Notes: a model not told the origin generated them from the letters alone. Positions 33,901-42,484 are shown, numbered from the stretch's first letter. The stretch: 64,000 nucleotides of DNA from an uncultured Verrucomicrobiae bacterium (GCA_963764165.1 CAVXRD010000003.1:32001-96000), one strand, 5' to 3'. Program-made: numbers and translations.

Positions 33901-36375
33901 TGGAGCCCGGGGCAGAATCTGTTTTACGTGAATCCGTCCGATCCTAATATGTCGAACATTTACAACACGCCTGCGTTTCAGCGGATGTATTGGCGCGCTT
34001 TGCAGACGATTGCCAACGGCCCGCTTAACGTCGCCAACAGCGGTCCGCTGATCATGGCCAAATACAACGCGTTCACGGCCAACGGCCTCAGCGTAGAAAA
34101 TCCGACCGCCGCCATCGAACCGTGGCTCTCCTCGGCGGGGGCAAGCATCAATGCGCAATTGGCGGCTGTGAATTCGACGACCTTCGCGATTAGTCCGAAT
34201 GTCAGCGTGATCAACAACATCGCTTACGTCACTGGCGAGGCGCCCGTCGCGGTGGACACCGTGCTGATTAACGGCGAAGCTTTGCCAATTACCTGGACCT
34301 CCCTGACAAATTGGTCGATGGCGGTGCCGCTGCATGCGGGAACGAATCTGCTGGGAGTAACGGCTGTGGCCACGAACGGCGTTCCCATCGCCGGTTACAC
34401 GGGCAATGTTTCCGTGGTCTATGTTGCGGCGATTCCCTCACCGGTTGGGAAGGTCGTTTTCAACGAAATCATGTTCGATCCGCTGGCGGAGAATGCGGCG
34501 TTCGTGGAATTGTACAATGGTTCGCCGAGCACAACATTCGATCTCTCTGGCTGGCAAATTCCCGCGTTGTCTTACACGTTTTCCAACGGAGCAAGCCTTG
34601 GCCCCAACGCATTTCTTGTGCTGGGAGCGAGCCGGATTTATTACGCTGACGCCTACGGTGTGACCAACACCCTTTACGACGTTTTTCCCGGGACGCTCGC
34701 CCCCGGCCAATTGCTCACGCTGCTGCAGCCGAGCGGTTCCAGCAACATCACGGTGGCGGCGGTGCAATTTGACTGCGTCGCGCCGTGGCCGGCCAATACG
34801 TCCGGGACAGGTTATTCGCTCCAATTAATCGATCCGCACCAGGACAACTGGCGGGTTGGAAATTGGGCCGCGGGCCCTGCCACTCCCGCCGCGAAGAATG
34901 TGGACGCTGTATCTTTGACTCCGTTCCAGCCGCTATGGATCAACGAGGTCGAGCCCGTGAATTTGACGGGCATTACGAACAGCGCCGGCCAGCGCGCGCC
35001 GTGGATTGAATTATTCAACCCGAGCAGCAACGTGGTTTCGCTGAAGGGACTTTATCTATCCGACACATTCACAAACCTCGGCCAGTGGCCGTTCCTGACC
35101 AATGCAACAATCAACCCGGGCCAGTTCATGGTGATTTTCGCGGATGGCCTGACGAATCTTTCGACGACAAAGCAATTGCACACGAGCTTCATGCTGCCCG
35201 CCTCCAGCGGTTCGGTGGCGCTGAGCCGGTTGACAAACGGCCAGTATCAGGTGCTCGATTATCTCAACTACACCAATTTGCTTCCCAATTATTCCTACGG
35301 CTCGATTCCTGACGGGCAAAGTTTTTTGCGCTCCACCATGCCGCAACCGACTCCAGGGGCCTCGAACAGCGCGGCAGGGGCGGGTGGGGCATCTTTTGTT
35401 GCGTATCTCACCGCCGGTTCGGTTTATTCGCAAAACTTCGATTCGTTGCCAGACCCCGGCGCGACATCAGTGGATTCGGCCAACCCAGTGACGATCGACG
35501 GCATCACGTATTCGCTCTCAAATCCATTCGACTTTGCCGCGGCAGCCAGCAGCAGCGGGGAGAACGGCGGTTTGGGAATCTCGGCGATGCAAGGGTGGTA
35601 CGGGCTGGCAAATCCCACCGCGAGCGTGGGAGTCCGTTTTGGAGCGAGCGATGGCGATCAAACCACTGGCGGCCAGATCAGCTTCGGCCCGGAAAACGGA
35701 TCAAACCGCGCCCTCGGCCTGCTGGCCACCAGCACGACCGGATACACGGCTTTTGGATTGCGGCTCATCAACGCAACGGGCGAGACGCTCAATTTTATGA
35801 ATTTGCATTTCACGGGTGAAGTCTGGCGCCAGTCAAATCTGGCCAAGACGCTGCAATTCTATTATTTTATTGACACAACCGGCACCAATTCGTTTTCGAC
35901 CGCCGCCACGGCCTATTTGCCTGCGTTGAACGTAAATTTTCCAACTGTTTCCGGCGATGCCGGCGGCGTGGCTGTCGACGGCGCTTCCACCAACAATCAG
36001 GCCGTGAACGCCGTGGTGAATCAGCAGATATACCCTTGGCCGCCCGACGCGGCGCTGTGGCTGGTTTGGGAGATGTCCAGCCCCACCGGGAAGGCCCAAG
36101 GTTTGGCCATCGATAATCTGACTTTCTCCGCCACGCCACAGGCGGTGCTGACCCCCGTTTCTATGACCGCGCAATCGGCGGGCACGAACGTCGTTTTGAC
36201 GTGGCCGGGGTTGGCTGGGCAGGCGTATCAAGTGCAATACAAAACCAATCTGACCGACGCCGCATGGCTGCCGCTCAACAGCCCCATGGACGGAACCGGT
36301 GCTGCTGTTATGTTGACAAATAATCTCGGCGGCGCTCCCCAGCGCTTTTACCGCCTGGCGATTTTGCCACCGTGA
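27901..36375 (+). CDS. Giant secreted multidomain protein: Ig, LamG, multiple lamin-tail domains, CotH-family kinase and C-terminal FYR domain
   Basis: LTD motifs (VVINEI..FIELYN..VDxSGW); MNDNGSNGDAVAGDGIFSATIP; CotH-like NWDS..NLY..WDFN; QRFYRL. The frame extends upstream of 28012 through a signal peptide to ATT at 27901. Confidence 0.85.
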   Translation: MKTPTNLLSFIPQIFHKRRPAFLLAWALALASSAQAGLVMTTTNQYGPEPLTPSWAPAADSLIAGLVPSTALGNFSEEASGRNFDSLTSGGTLTVTSANSTCSLNYVTCGNGSGAGSLIVYTLPAAQLGYNLTNITVDSGWQDNGRDAQAYTISYSTVVNPTVFTVLTAVNYNPTVPGGVASANQVAITSSVTGGLIASNVAAIQFNFTTPGSENGYCGYGAITVEGIAATNLLIPPAAPSITNQPQSAVLFAGGTANLAAVCAGAPLYFQWFYITNKITNAIASATNSSLIIKNVTPTNAGSYQLLASNSLGVATSSVASVTVIVPTPGSYDAAVMANIPLAYWTLNETNNPASGSVVATDYGGGFNGVYQTNAQNGYNGIAGPRPPGFPGFTSANPAMETFANMANSYMTASVGNMIASNLTYAMWIRPVSTVQQFAGLLMDRGGAGEGLGFGGGANDASGTYDMTYTWNQNTTSGFNSYLFPPLNQWSFVAMVISPAQTVLYLINSNGLQAATNVLANDAEEFGVAWHLGDDAATAGRTFPGLIDGAAVFTSALTQTQLLGLYDNGVGAPPQTSIPAAAPSANVFVGNTVVLSESALGATPFQYQWESNGIVLGGATNSSLALSNLTLAASGNYQVIVSNFYGVATSAPIALSVTLDTNPPLVLRAFNLGSTNVEVDFSKVINAATATNLTNYYFTDGLAISAAALETNESSLLLTTAPLAVNSNYTLVVNGILDQAIPPNAIASNTVANFTASPLAPHDIGNPAVVSSGVYTSNSWAITSGGSNIGSTSDQFNFDNEPVTGNFDVSVRLASLGLVNLWSQAGLMARVDLTGGSPFAAALATPGMNGDSFLVRVATNGSAVASGNFPVNYPNTWLRLSRVGNLFTGFGGYDGANWTVLGSATIPMPSQIYLGFSVASDSTNQPTTAEFAAFENTPASAVVSAQINPHDAIGPSSRMTPIVFSEIMWKPAPRTDGKNLEFLEIYNSNPWFHDISGYQITCADMNYTFPAGTTIAGGAFLVVASAPADIQSVYGITNVMGPYSGSLKHSETLELLDEQGSVLITAPYTDVFPWPVATGGTGHSLVLANPTYGAGDPRAWDISDSVGGSPGKLDPFTPSPLRNVVINEILPHTENPAVPQFIELYNHSASSVDVSGCILTDDPTTNKFVIPSGTVIGPAGFEVFTQSQFGFTLNGQGETLYFIKPDGSRVLDAVQFGPQADGVSFGRWPNGANDFYAFTTNTPGTSNSPILIGDIVINELMYDPISENDDDQFIELYNKGTNTVSLAGWQFTAGVTFTFPTNAAIAPGGYVVVGKNATELFSNYVNLSAANTFGNFSGKLSHDGELVVLAQPVSYLGTNTIYVEEDQVTYGTGGRWGEWSGGGGSSLELIDPHSNHRLAANWADSDDTQKSTWTLVQNTGVLDNGYNVESGIDHAQVGLLDDGECLVDDLQVTYNGSNYVSNGTFESGAGLNNWAFQGCMVCSSLENSGYQSANSLHIRCSDKLWTGDNSCEVALNSNPMAAGDTVTMSYMARWLHGQPEPNFRLNGNWLEATTVLPVPANLGNPGAPNSQFVSNAGPAMYNVTHTPSVPAANQAVVVTAQAHDPDGIQSLTLYYRLDPSTTYIAVPMNDNGSNGDAVAGDGIFSATIPGQAANQIAAFYIAASDDLGASTRFPALRTKDNVAPPECVVMFGDGNPGGSFGVYHFWMTQTNLTRWANLGNLSRDWNNDCTFVNGKRVIYNAGGRYSGSPAHQDYDTPNGSLCAYEFKLPADDMFLGTSDFKKLHQPGNTPGDDPSIQREQIANTLLRAVGVPWLNRRYVAVYVNGNRRLNLMEDAQVPDGDIVKQHFPNDTTGFLYKMQPWFEMAPYLSGYGMGADNLSWCTLNDYTTTGGAKKVPRYRWQYEMRRTPDNYSDFAPVFSLIDAANSYSTPNYVANMENIADMKNWMGVFAANHAGGNWDSFGAQNEQNLYGYIGTAGTKYSLLMWDFNISIGNSGPGYVSWSPGQNLFYVNPSDPNMSNIYNTPAFQRMYWRALQTIANGPLNVANSGPLIMAKYNAFTANGLSVENPTAAIEPWLSSAGASINAQLAAVNSTTFAISPNVSVINNIAYVTGEAPVAVDTVLINGEALPITWTSLTNWSMAVPLHAGTNLLGVTAVATNGVPIAGYTGNVSVVYVAAIPSPVGKVVFNEIMFDPLAENAAFVELYNGSPSTTFDLSGWQIPALSYTFSNGASLGPNAFLVLGASRIYYADAYGVTNTLYDVFPGTLAPGQLLTLLQPSGSSNITVAAVQFDCVAPWPANTSGTGYSLQLIDPHQDNWRVGNWAAGPATPAAKNVDAVSLTPFQPLWINEVEPVNLTGITNSAGQRAPWIELFNPSSNVVSLKGLYLSDTFTNLGQWPFLTNATINPGQFMVIFADGLTNLSTTKQLHTSFMLPASSGSVALSRLTNGQYQVLDYLNYTNLLPNYSYGSIPDGQSFLRSTMPQPTPGASNSAAGAGGASFVAYLTAGSVYSQNFDSLPDPGATSVDSANPVTIDGITYSLSNPFDFAAAASSSGENGGLGISAMQGWYGLANPTASVGVRFGASDGDQTTGGQISFGPENGSNRALGLLATSTTGYTAFGLRLINATGETLNFMNLHFTGEVWRQSNLAKTLQFYYFIDTTGTNSFSTAATAYLPALNVNFPTVSGDAGGVAVDGASTNNQAVNAVVNQQIYPWPPDAALWLVWEMSSPTGKAQGLAIDNLTFSATPQAVLTPVSMTAQSAGTNVVLTWPGLAGQAYQVQYKTNLTDAAWLPLNSPMDGTGAAVMLTNNLGGAPQRFYRLAILPP

Positions 36376-36457
36376 TTTTGAGGCGGCCCAACTTCAGAGG
36401 CCTCCGTTCCAACGAATTGATGGCATTTTTAATTCCATCAGGTTACGTTGCTGCGCA

Positions 36458-38338
36458 ATGAAATTCGTTGCCTTCATTGCCTGCCTGTTGTTGGGCGCGC
36501 CGCGCGTGGCCACGGCGCAGCCGCGCCCGAACCAGGACAACCGGTTTTCTGTGCGCTCGAACTACACCAAATTCGAGTATTTCATCCCGATGCGCGACGG
36601 TGCGAAACTTTGCACAGAAGTTTACGTGCCGAAGGATTCATCCAAGACGTATCCGATCATGTTTCAACGGACGCCCTATTCGGTGCGCCCGTACGGAACC
36701 AATAATTACTCCGACAGGCTCGCACCCGGCTCGATGTTCGCGTCGAATGGCTTCATTTTTGCCTTCCAGGATGTGCGGGGGCGTTTCAACTCGGAGGGAA
36801 TTTTTATCGACGAGGCGCCGCACATCGAGCATCCGAATGGAACCAACGACGTCGATCCCAGCACCGACACCTACGACAGCATCGATTGGATGGTGAAGAA
36901 TATCCCCAATAACAATGGGCGGGTCGGGATGTCTGGGATTTCTTACCCGGGATTTTACGCGGCTTACGCCCTGGTCAATTCGCATCCGGCGCTGAGGGCG
37001 GATTCCCCGCAAGCGCCGATGGGTGATGTCGGAAATGGCGATGACGTCTATCACAACGGCGCGTTTTTCCTGGCGGCCAATTTTGGATTTTTCACCGGAT
37101 TCTGGCCGCGCGGGCCGAAGCCCGGAGAGGCGCGGTCGCCCCGGGATTTCAGTTTTGGCACCAGCGACGAATACGATTTTTACCTGCGCATGGGCCCGCT
37201 GGCGAATGCCGAAGATATCGTGTTCAAACATAAGAACCAATATTGGAGCGACATGCTCAAGCACCCGAATTACGACGAGTTTTGGTCATCGCGCGCGCTG
37301 GGGCCGAATATGCATCATTTGACTTCGCCGGTTTTGCTGGTGGGCGGCTGGTATGATGCGGAGGATTTGGGCGGAACATTGAAGTTGTTTCACGCGATTG
37401 AACAGCACGGCGATGCACCCGGCTTGACGCTGGTGATGGGGCCGTGGTCGCACGGCCAATGGGGGCGCGGAGCGGGGGACAAGCTGGGCGATTTGAGCTT
37501 TGATTCGAAGACGGGCGAATACTATCGCGATCAAATTCAATTCCCGTTCTTCAACCAGTATCTCAAGGGCGACGCTCCGACGAATTTTCCGAGGGCGTGG
37601 GTATTTGAAACAGGGGGGAATCAGTGGCGCCAGTTCGATGCGTGGCCGCCAAAAAACACCCAGCCGCGCTCCATCTATTTGCAGTCTGGAGGGCGGTTGA
37701 CGCTCACGCCAGCGGGCAAGGAAAAAGAAGGCTTCGACGAATACATCAGCGACCCAGCCAAGCCGGTGCCCGTTTCCGGGGAAATAGGCGAGGGGATGGC
37801 GGGCGACTACATGACGTTCGACCAGCGCTTCGCCTCGCAACGGCCCGACGTGCTCACCTACGAAAGCGAGCCGTTGAGCGAGCCTATGACGATCGCCGGT
37901 CCGGTGACTCCCGTGCTCCGCGTTTCAACTTCGGGCACCGATTCCGATTTCATTGTGAAACTGATCGACGTTTTCCCGAACGACACGCCCGATCCGGATC
38001 CGAACCCTAAGGATATTCACTTTGGCGGCTACCAGCAGATGGTGCGCGGCGAGCCGTTCCGGGGAAAATTTCGCAACAGCATGTCGGCTCCCGAACCGTT
38101 CACTCCGAAGAAACCGGCGAAAATCGAATTCGCGATGCCGGACGTTTTGCACACCTTCCAAAAAGGGCATCGCATCATGGTGCAGATCCAGAGCACATGG
38201 TTCCCGATGGTGGATCGCAACCCGCAGCAATTTTTGGATATCCCTTCCGCGAGAGCCTCGGATTTCGTGAAGGCGACAGAACGAGTTTATTACGGCGGAA
38301 AATCCGGCACGCACATCGATGTGCTGGTGTTGAAATAA
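36458..38338 (+). CDS. CocE/NonD family hydrolase (alpha-amino acid ester hydrolase-like)
   Basis: Signal peptide; IPMRDG, RTPY, QDVRGRFNSEG, nucleophile GISYPG, GGWYDAED, GPWSHG. Confidence 0.92.
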   Translation: MKFVAFIACLLLGAPRVATAQPRPNQDNRFSVRSNYTKFEYFIPMRDGAKLCTEVYVPKDSSKTYPIMFQRTPYSVRPYGTNNYSDRLAPGSMFASNGFIFAFQDVRGRFNSEGIFIDEAPHIEHPNGTNDVDPSTDTYDSIDWMVKNIPNNNGRVGMSGISYPGFYAAYALVNSHPALRADSPQAPMGDVGNGDDVYHNGAFFLAANFGFFTGFWPRGPKPGEARSPRDFSFGTSDEYDFYLRMGPLANAEDIVFKHKNQYWSDMLKHPNYDEFWSSRALGPNMHHLTSPVLLVGGWYDAEDLGGTLKLFHAIEQHGDAPGLTLVMGPWSHGQWGRGAGDKLGDLSFDSKTGEYYRDQIQFPFFNQYLKGDAPTNFPRAWVFETGGNQWRQFDAWPPKNTQPRSIYLQSGGRLTLTPAGKEKEGFDEYISDPAKPVPVSGEIGEGMAGDYMTFDQRFASQRPDVLTYESEPLSEPMTIAGPVTPVLRVSTSGTDSDFIVKLIDVFPNDTPDPDPNPKDIHFGGYQQMVRGEPFRGKFRNSMSAPEPFTPKKPAKIEFAMPDVLHTFQKGHRIMVQIQSTWFPMVDRNPQQFLDIPSARASDFVKATERVYYGGKSGTHIDVLVLK

Positions 38339-38385
38339 AGGGTGCTAACGAAATGATGTTTGCGCTTTCATCAATTGCAACGGGC

Positions 38386-38693
38386 GGTAGGGCGAGGCTT
38401 CTGCCGGTCGTCGCAACTGCGCATGTGGAAGATGCCGGAGGCATCACAGCTTGTAGCCGGTGGTTGAGCGAAGCGACACCACCGGATACGAGGAAAGTAA
38501 CGACTCATCCCGGCAGGGATGACAGCGGCTTGGCATGTCGGCAATTCATGCTGGCATCCTTTCAGGATGCAGGGGGCATTGGGCGTTTTTCCGGTGGTGT
38601 CGCTTCGCTCAACCACCGGCTACAAGCTTGCATCCCTTCCGGGATGCTTGCCACCGCGCTCGTCGGGCGGCTTCATTCGAAGCCTCACCCTGC
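38386..38693. repeat. Nested palindromic element: degenerate GTAG-REP arms around a 39-bp perfect inverted repeat
   Basis: Outer arms GGTAGGGCGAGGCTTCTGCCG (38386) and GAAGCCTCACCCTGC (38679). Inner AGCTTGTAGCCGGTGGTTGAGCGAAGCGACACCACCGGA (38448-38486) is the exact reverse complement of 38590-38628. Confidence 0.85.
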
Positions 38694-38711
38694 AATACTC
38701 CTGTGATCGGG

Positions 38712-39110
38712 ATGGCAATCGCGTTTATATTGTTTGTCACTTCGGCTTGGTGGCTCCTTCGCACTTTACCCGTTCAAAACGTTGCGATGATATTCGCTGT
38801 TTTGGTGGCTGGTGAAGCGACGATGGAGGCGTACTACAACAATAGGCATTTTCAACTTGCGCCACTGCTTTATTGGCCGGGCGTGTCGGTGGGATTGCGC
38901 ATGAGCGCGCGCTGGCTGCTGCGGCAGTTCGGTTTGAGGAATTACGGGATCTGGCTCATTCTCATTGTCACTGTGCTTGCCACGCTTTTGCAATGGTCGA
39001 TTGAAGCCAGGGAAATCGTGGGCCGGGCGCTTTGGACCCCGACGATTCTGGCGGTGCTCGCGCCATGGTTCATCTCAAAGCTTCCGTATCAGCCACATAA
39101 CCACACTTAA
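38712..39110 (+). CDS. Small membrane protein of unknown function
   Basis: Hydrophobic ORF MAIAFILF...RTLPVQNV...LAPWFI. The upstream part of the 38535 ORF is repeat-derived. Confidence 0.5.
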   Translation: MAIAFILFVTSAWWLLRTLPVQNVAMIFAVLVAGEATMEAYYNNRHFQLAPLLYWPGVSVGLRMSARWLLRQFGLRNYGIWLILIVTVLATLLQWSIEAREIVGRALWTPTILAVLAPWFISKLPYQPHNHT

Positions 39111-39290
39111 AATAATGCTCACTACGATGCAGGTGACGACGGGGAAGTGGAAGCTGACATTTTCGCGGGTGTAGTTGATGTCGCCCGGCAGCCGGCCCAG
39201 CCAGCCGCGGCCAAATCCCGCCCACAACAGCGCGCCGATTCCCGCCATGACCAGGCCCGCCACCACCATGAATTTTCCGAGCTCATTCAT
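39075..39290 (-). CDS. DUF2905 family membrane protein
   Basis: LGRLPGDI...FHFPVVTCIVVSIILS; overlaps the stop of the ABC gene. Confidence 0.88.
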   Translation of the reverse strand: MNELGKFMVVAGLVMAGIGALLWAGFGRGWLGRLPGDINYTRENVSFHFPVVTCIVVSIILSVVMWLIRKL

Positions 39291-41146
39291 TGCTTCGCCG
39301 CAGTGATTTGCTCAAAGGTTTCTTCAATCAAACTGGTGTTTTGAATGCGCGAGAGCTTTGCGTAAAGCCCGTTGCGCTCGATCAATTCGTCGTGCGTGCC
39401 GCGTTCTGAAATCTCGCCGCGCAACATCACCAATATCTGGTCGGCATTGCGAATGGTGCTCAATCGATGCGCAATGACAAAGCTGGTGCGATGCGCCATT
39501 AACCGTTCCAAAGCTTCCTGGATAAGTTTCTCGGTCGCCGTGTCGACGCTGGCGGTGGCTTCGTCGAGAATCAGAATCGGCGCGTTTTTCAGCAGGGCGC
39601 GGGCGATGCTCACGCGCTGTTTCTCGCCGACGCTCAATTTCACTCCGCGCTCTCCGACTCGCGAATCGTAACCCTCCGGCAGGCGGGCGATGAATTCGTG
39701 GCAGTTGGCGGCCCTGGCGGCGGCGTGCAATTCCTCCTCGGTGGCGTCCAGTTTTCCGTAAAGTATATTTTCCCGCACGGTGCCGTTGAACAGAAAAGCT
39801 TCCTGGCTCACGACGCTCAAATGTGAGCGCAGCGATTCAAGCGGGATTTCCGAAATATCCTGCCCATCAATCGTAATTCGGCCTTCGGTCAATTCGTAAA
39901 AGGCGGGCAGAAGATTCACGAGAGTGGATTTGCCCGAACCCGTCGGTCCAACCAGCGCGATCATCTGGCCAGGGAACGCGTGAAGCGAAATATTGGAAAG
40001 CGCGGTGCGCCCCTCGCTGTAACTGAAACCGACGCCTTCGTAGCGGACCTCGCCGCGAACGGGTTCGCGCAGCGGCTTGAGCCGGCGGCTGTCCGTCGAG
40101 GCGCGCTCCGGAGTGGCGTCAAGAATATCGAACACCCGTTCGCCCGCCGCGCGGGCCGATTGCAGCATCTGGTTCAGGCTGTGCAGCGTTTTCACCGGCT
40201 CGTAAAACATGGTCACATAAATGACAAACGCCACCAGCGCTCCCACCGTCAATTTGTGCTCGGCGACCAGCGAGCCGCCATACCACAAGACCAGCGCAAT
40301 CCCGAGCGAAGCTATGAAATACATGGCGGGCGAGTAGATGGCCCAGATTTTCATCACCAAGAGCGTGCTCTTGCGAAGGTCGTCGGCCCGCGCCGCGAAA
40401 CGTTCGTCTTCGTGGGTTTGCCGGCCAAAGGACTTGATTTGCCGGACACCCTGGAGGCTGTCCATCAGGAAGGCGTTCATGGCGCTGGAGGCGCGGCGCT
40501 GCGCCCGGTAACGGCGGTGCGCCGTCAGCGTATACCAAAGCGCTCCGCCCGCCAAAAAGGGCAGGGGCGCAAGTGAGATCAGCGCAAGGGTCGCGTTCTT
40601 GTAAAACAAAAGCGCAAGCACGCCACCGATCGTGAGCACGGCCACCGTCCCTTGCTCCGTTCCGTCAATAAGAATGCGCTCCACGGAATTGACGTCCTCG
40701 ATGACGCGCGTCATCAAATCGCCGGAAGCCCGCTGGTCGAAATAACCGACCGGCAGCCGTTGCAGGCGCCCAAACACATCGCGGCGCATGTCGTAAATGA
40801 CGTTCTGCTCGAAGTAATTGTTGACAAGAATGCGCAGGCTGTTGAACAAATCGCGCAAAAGAAAAATCCCGGCCAGGCTTGCCGCCAGCGTGAAGTAGCC
40901 TGAAACTGCGCCGCGCTGCACGTTGTCGATTATTGCCTGCACGAGGCCCGGAAAAATCAGCGAGCAGCCCAGTGATACGAGCGCGCAACCAATGTTCGCG
41001 GAGGCCTGCCATTTGTAAGGTTTTAGATAAACCGCCACCCGCCGCACGACTTCCCAGGTGGAGCGGGATTTGGCGCGGAATGTGGGATCTTCCTCCCCTT
41101 CGGAATGTTGCCTGCCATGCATTTTAAGACTCTCAGTATCCCCCAT
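39287..41146 (-). CDS. ABC exporter, fused permease/ATPase (MsbA/Sav1866-like)
   Basis: N-terminal TM domain; Walker A GPTGSGKS; signature LSVGEKQR; Walker B ILILDEAT; AHRLST. Confidence 0.95.
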   Translation of the reverse strand: MGDTESLKMHGRQHSEGEEDPTFRAKSRSTWEVVRRVAVYLKPYKWQASANIGCALVSLGCSLIFPGLVQAIIDNVQRGAVSGYFTLAASLAGIFLLRDLFNSLRILVNNYFEQNVIYDMRRDVFGRLQRLPVGYFDQRASGDLMTRVIEDVNSVERILIDGTEQGTVAVLTIGGVLALLFYKNATLALISLAPLPFLAGGALWYTLTAHRRYRAQRRASSAMNAFLMDSLQGVRQIKSFGRQTHEDERFAARADDLRKSTLLVMKIWAIYSPAMYFIASLGIALVLWYGGSLVAEHKLTVGALVAFVIYVTMFYEPVKTLHSLNQMLQSARAAGERVFDILDATPERASTDSRRLKPLREPVRGEVRYEGVGFSYSEGRTALSNISLHAFPGQMIALVGPTGSGKSTLVNLLPAFYELTEGRITIDGQDISEIPLESLRSHLSVVSQEAFLFNGTVRENILYGKLDATEEELHAAARAANCHEFIARLPEGYDSRVGERGVKLSVGEKQRVSIARALLKNAPILILDEATASVDTATEKLIQEALERLMAHRTSFVIAHRLSTIRNADQILVMLRGEISERGTHDELIERNGLYAKLSRIQNTSLIEETFEQITAAKQ

Positions 41147-41182
41147 GTGCGGTGCAAATCAACTCTTGCCAATGCCATTCAG

Positions 41183-41263
41183 AGGCAGGGACGCCTCGCC
41201 GAGGCGTCCGGTTGCGCGTGAATTATGCCTCACCCCGGACGCCTCGGCGAGGCGTCCCTACCT
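41183..41263. repeat. REP doublet (REPIN-like), GTAG family
   Basis: GGCAGGGACGCCTCGCCGAGGCGTCC ... GGACGCCTCGGCGAGGCGTCCCTACC; related copy at 45200-45300. Confidence 0.85.
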
Positions 41264-41320
41264 GGCTTCGGCGCAAGTGGATTGAAAAATTCCGGGCGCT
41301 CAGGCAGACTAGCGGGATTG

Positions 41321-42355
41321 ATGAATCCGAAACTGAAACTGGCCGCTTACGCTGTGATGGTGATTCTGTGCGTTTGGTTTGGATTGGGCTTTTATTCAAA
41401 CTACAAGGCCGTGACGCAGGCCGCCGTGTCCGATAACAGCGCGCCACCTCCAGACGCCCCGGCGCCTCCCGCAACCAACACTCCGCCAGCCACGAACGCC
41501 GAAGTGGTGGCAGCGACCAATGGTTCGGCCACGGTTACCAATGGCACCGCCGCCGCGGATACCAATAATCCTGCGGCAACGAATGCAGTTCCGGTCGCCC
41601 AGTCAGCGGCTAAGACGCCGGCCGCCGCTCCGGTCGACAACAGCGGTCGCCGCATGAAAATGATGACCTATCTGGCGGCCTTTGTCGGATCGATCATTGG
41701 CTTGGGATTGCTCGTTGCCAGCGACGTGACGCAGTTCATGGGATCGCAGGCGATTGAATTTCTTTTCAACGACTCAGGGGCTGGCGAGCGCGACCCCGAG
41801 TACGAGAAGGCCGAGGGAGAGTGGGCCAAAGGCAAGTTCCTCGACGCCATTCAAATGATGCGCGATTACCTCAAAAAGCATCCTCGCGAAATGTATGTCG
41901 CGATTCGCATCGCCGAAATCTACGAGAAGGACTTGAAGAACAACCTGGCGGCGACTCTTGAATACGAGGAAATTCTGAAACACCGCCTGCCAGCGGAGCG
42001 TTGGGGCTGGTCGGCCATCCATTTGTGCAACTTGTATTCCAAAACGGGCAAGTCAGACAAGGCGCTGGAACTGTTGAAGCGCATCGCCAACGATTACCCG
42101 AAGACCGGAGCCGCCAAAAAAGCCCGCGCGCGACTTGGCATCGCCGAGCCTGAGCCCGAGGACGCGCCGGAAGCCGCCGACGCCGAGGGGGGCGAAGAAT
42201 CGGCGGACGGCCAGGGCGTCATTGTCATGGAGGAACGTCCGCCTGAATTGGAGCCGCGGCGGGAATCTCCGATGCAGCAGGAGGAGCCATCCGAGCCGGC
42301 CCCAAGACCAGACCCATCCAAGCCGAGCCTTCCACCCGGTTTTCGCAAAAAGTGA
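41321..42355 (+). CDS. Membrane protein with a Thr-Asn-rich loop between two TM helices and a TPR domain
   Basis: ATG at 41321 after the REP; TM1, ATN-rich linker, TM2, TPR-like helices (DKALELLKRIANDYP), acidic tail. Confidence 0.75.
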   Translation: MNPKLKLAAYAVMVILCVWFGLGFYSNYKAVTQAAVSDNSAPPPDAPAPPATNTPPATNAEVVAATNGSATVTNGTAAADTNNPAATNAVPVAQSAAKTPAAAPVDNSGRRMKMMTYLAAFVGSIIGLGLLVASDVTQFMGSQAIEFLFNDSGAGERDPEYEKAEGEWAKGKFLDAIQMMRDYLKKHPREMYVAIRIAEIYEKDLKNNLAATLEYEEILKHRLPAERWGWSAIHLCNLYSKTGKSDKALELLKRIANDYPKTGAAKKARARLGIAEPEPEDAPEAADAEGGEESADGQGVIVMEERPPELEPRRESPMQQEEPSEPAPRPDPSKPSLPPGFRKK

Positions 42356-42404
42356 CCCGCCTTCGCTGAATCTCTGGCGCGGCAACGTCCCGTCTACGTT
42401 AAAA

Positions 42405-42484
42405 TGTTGCCGGTTGTTGCCACCCTGTTGCCATTTTTGTTGCCACTTAAGTTCCTTGCAATCAACAGTGTAACGGATGTTGCC
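42405..42484. repeat. TGTTGCC heptamer array upstream of pfp
   Basis: TGTTGCC at 42405, 42415, 42426, 42438 and 42478; inverted GGCAAC at 42381. Confidence 0.7.

Noticed and set aside
38197..38706. ORFs over the 38.4-38.7 kb palindrome
   Set aside because: They are translations of the inverted-repeat element with no protein features.
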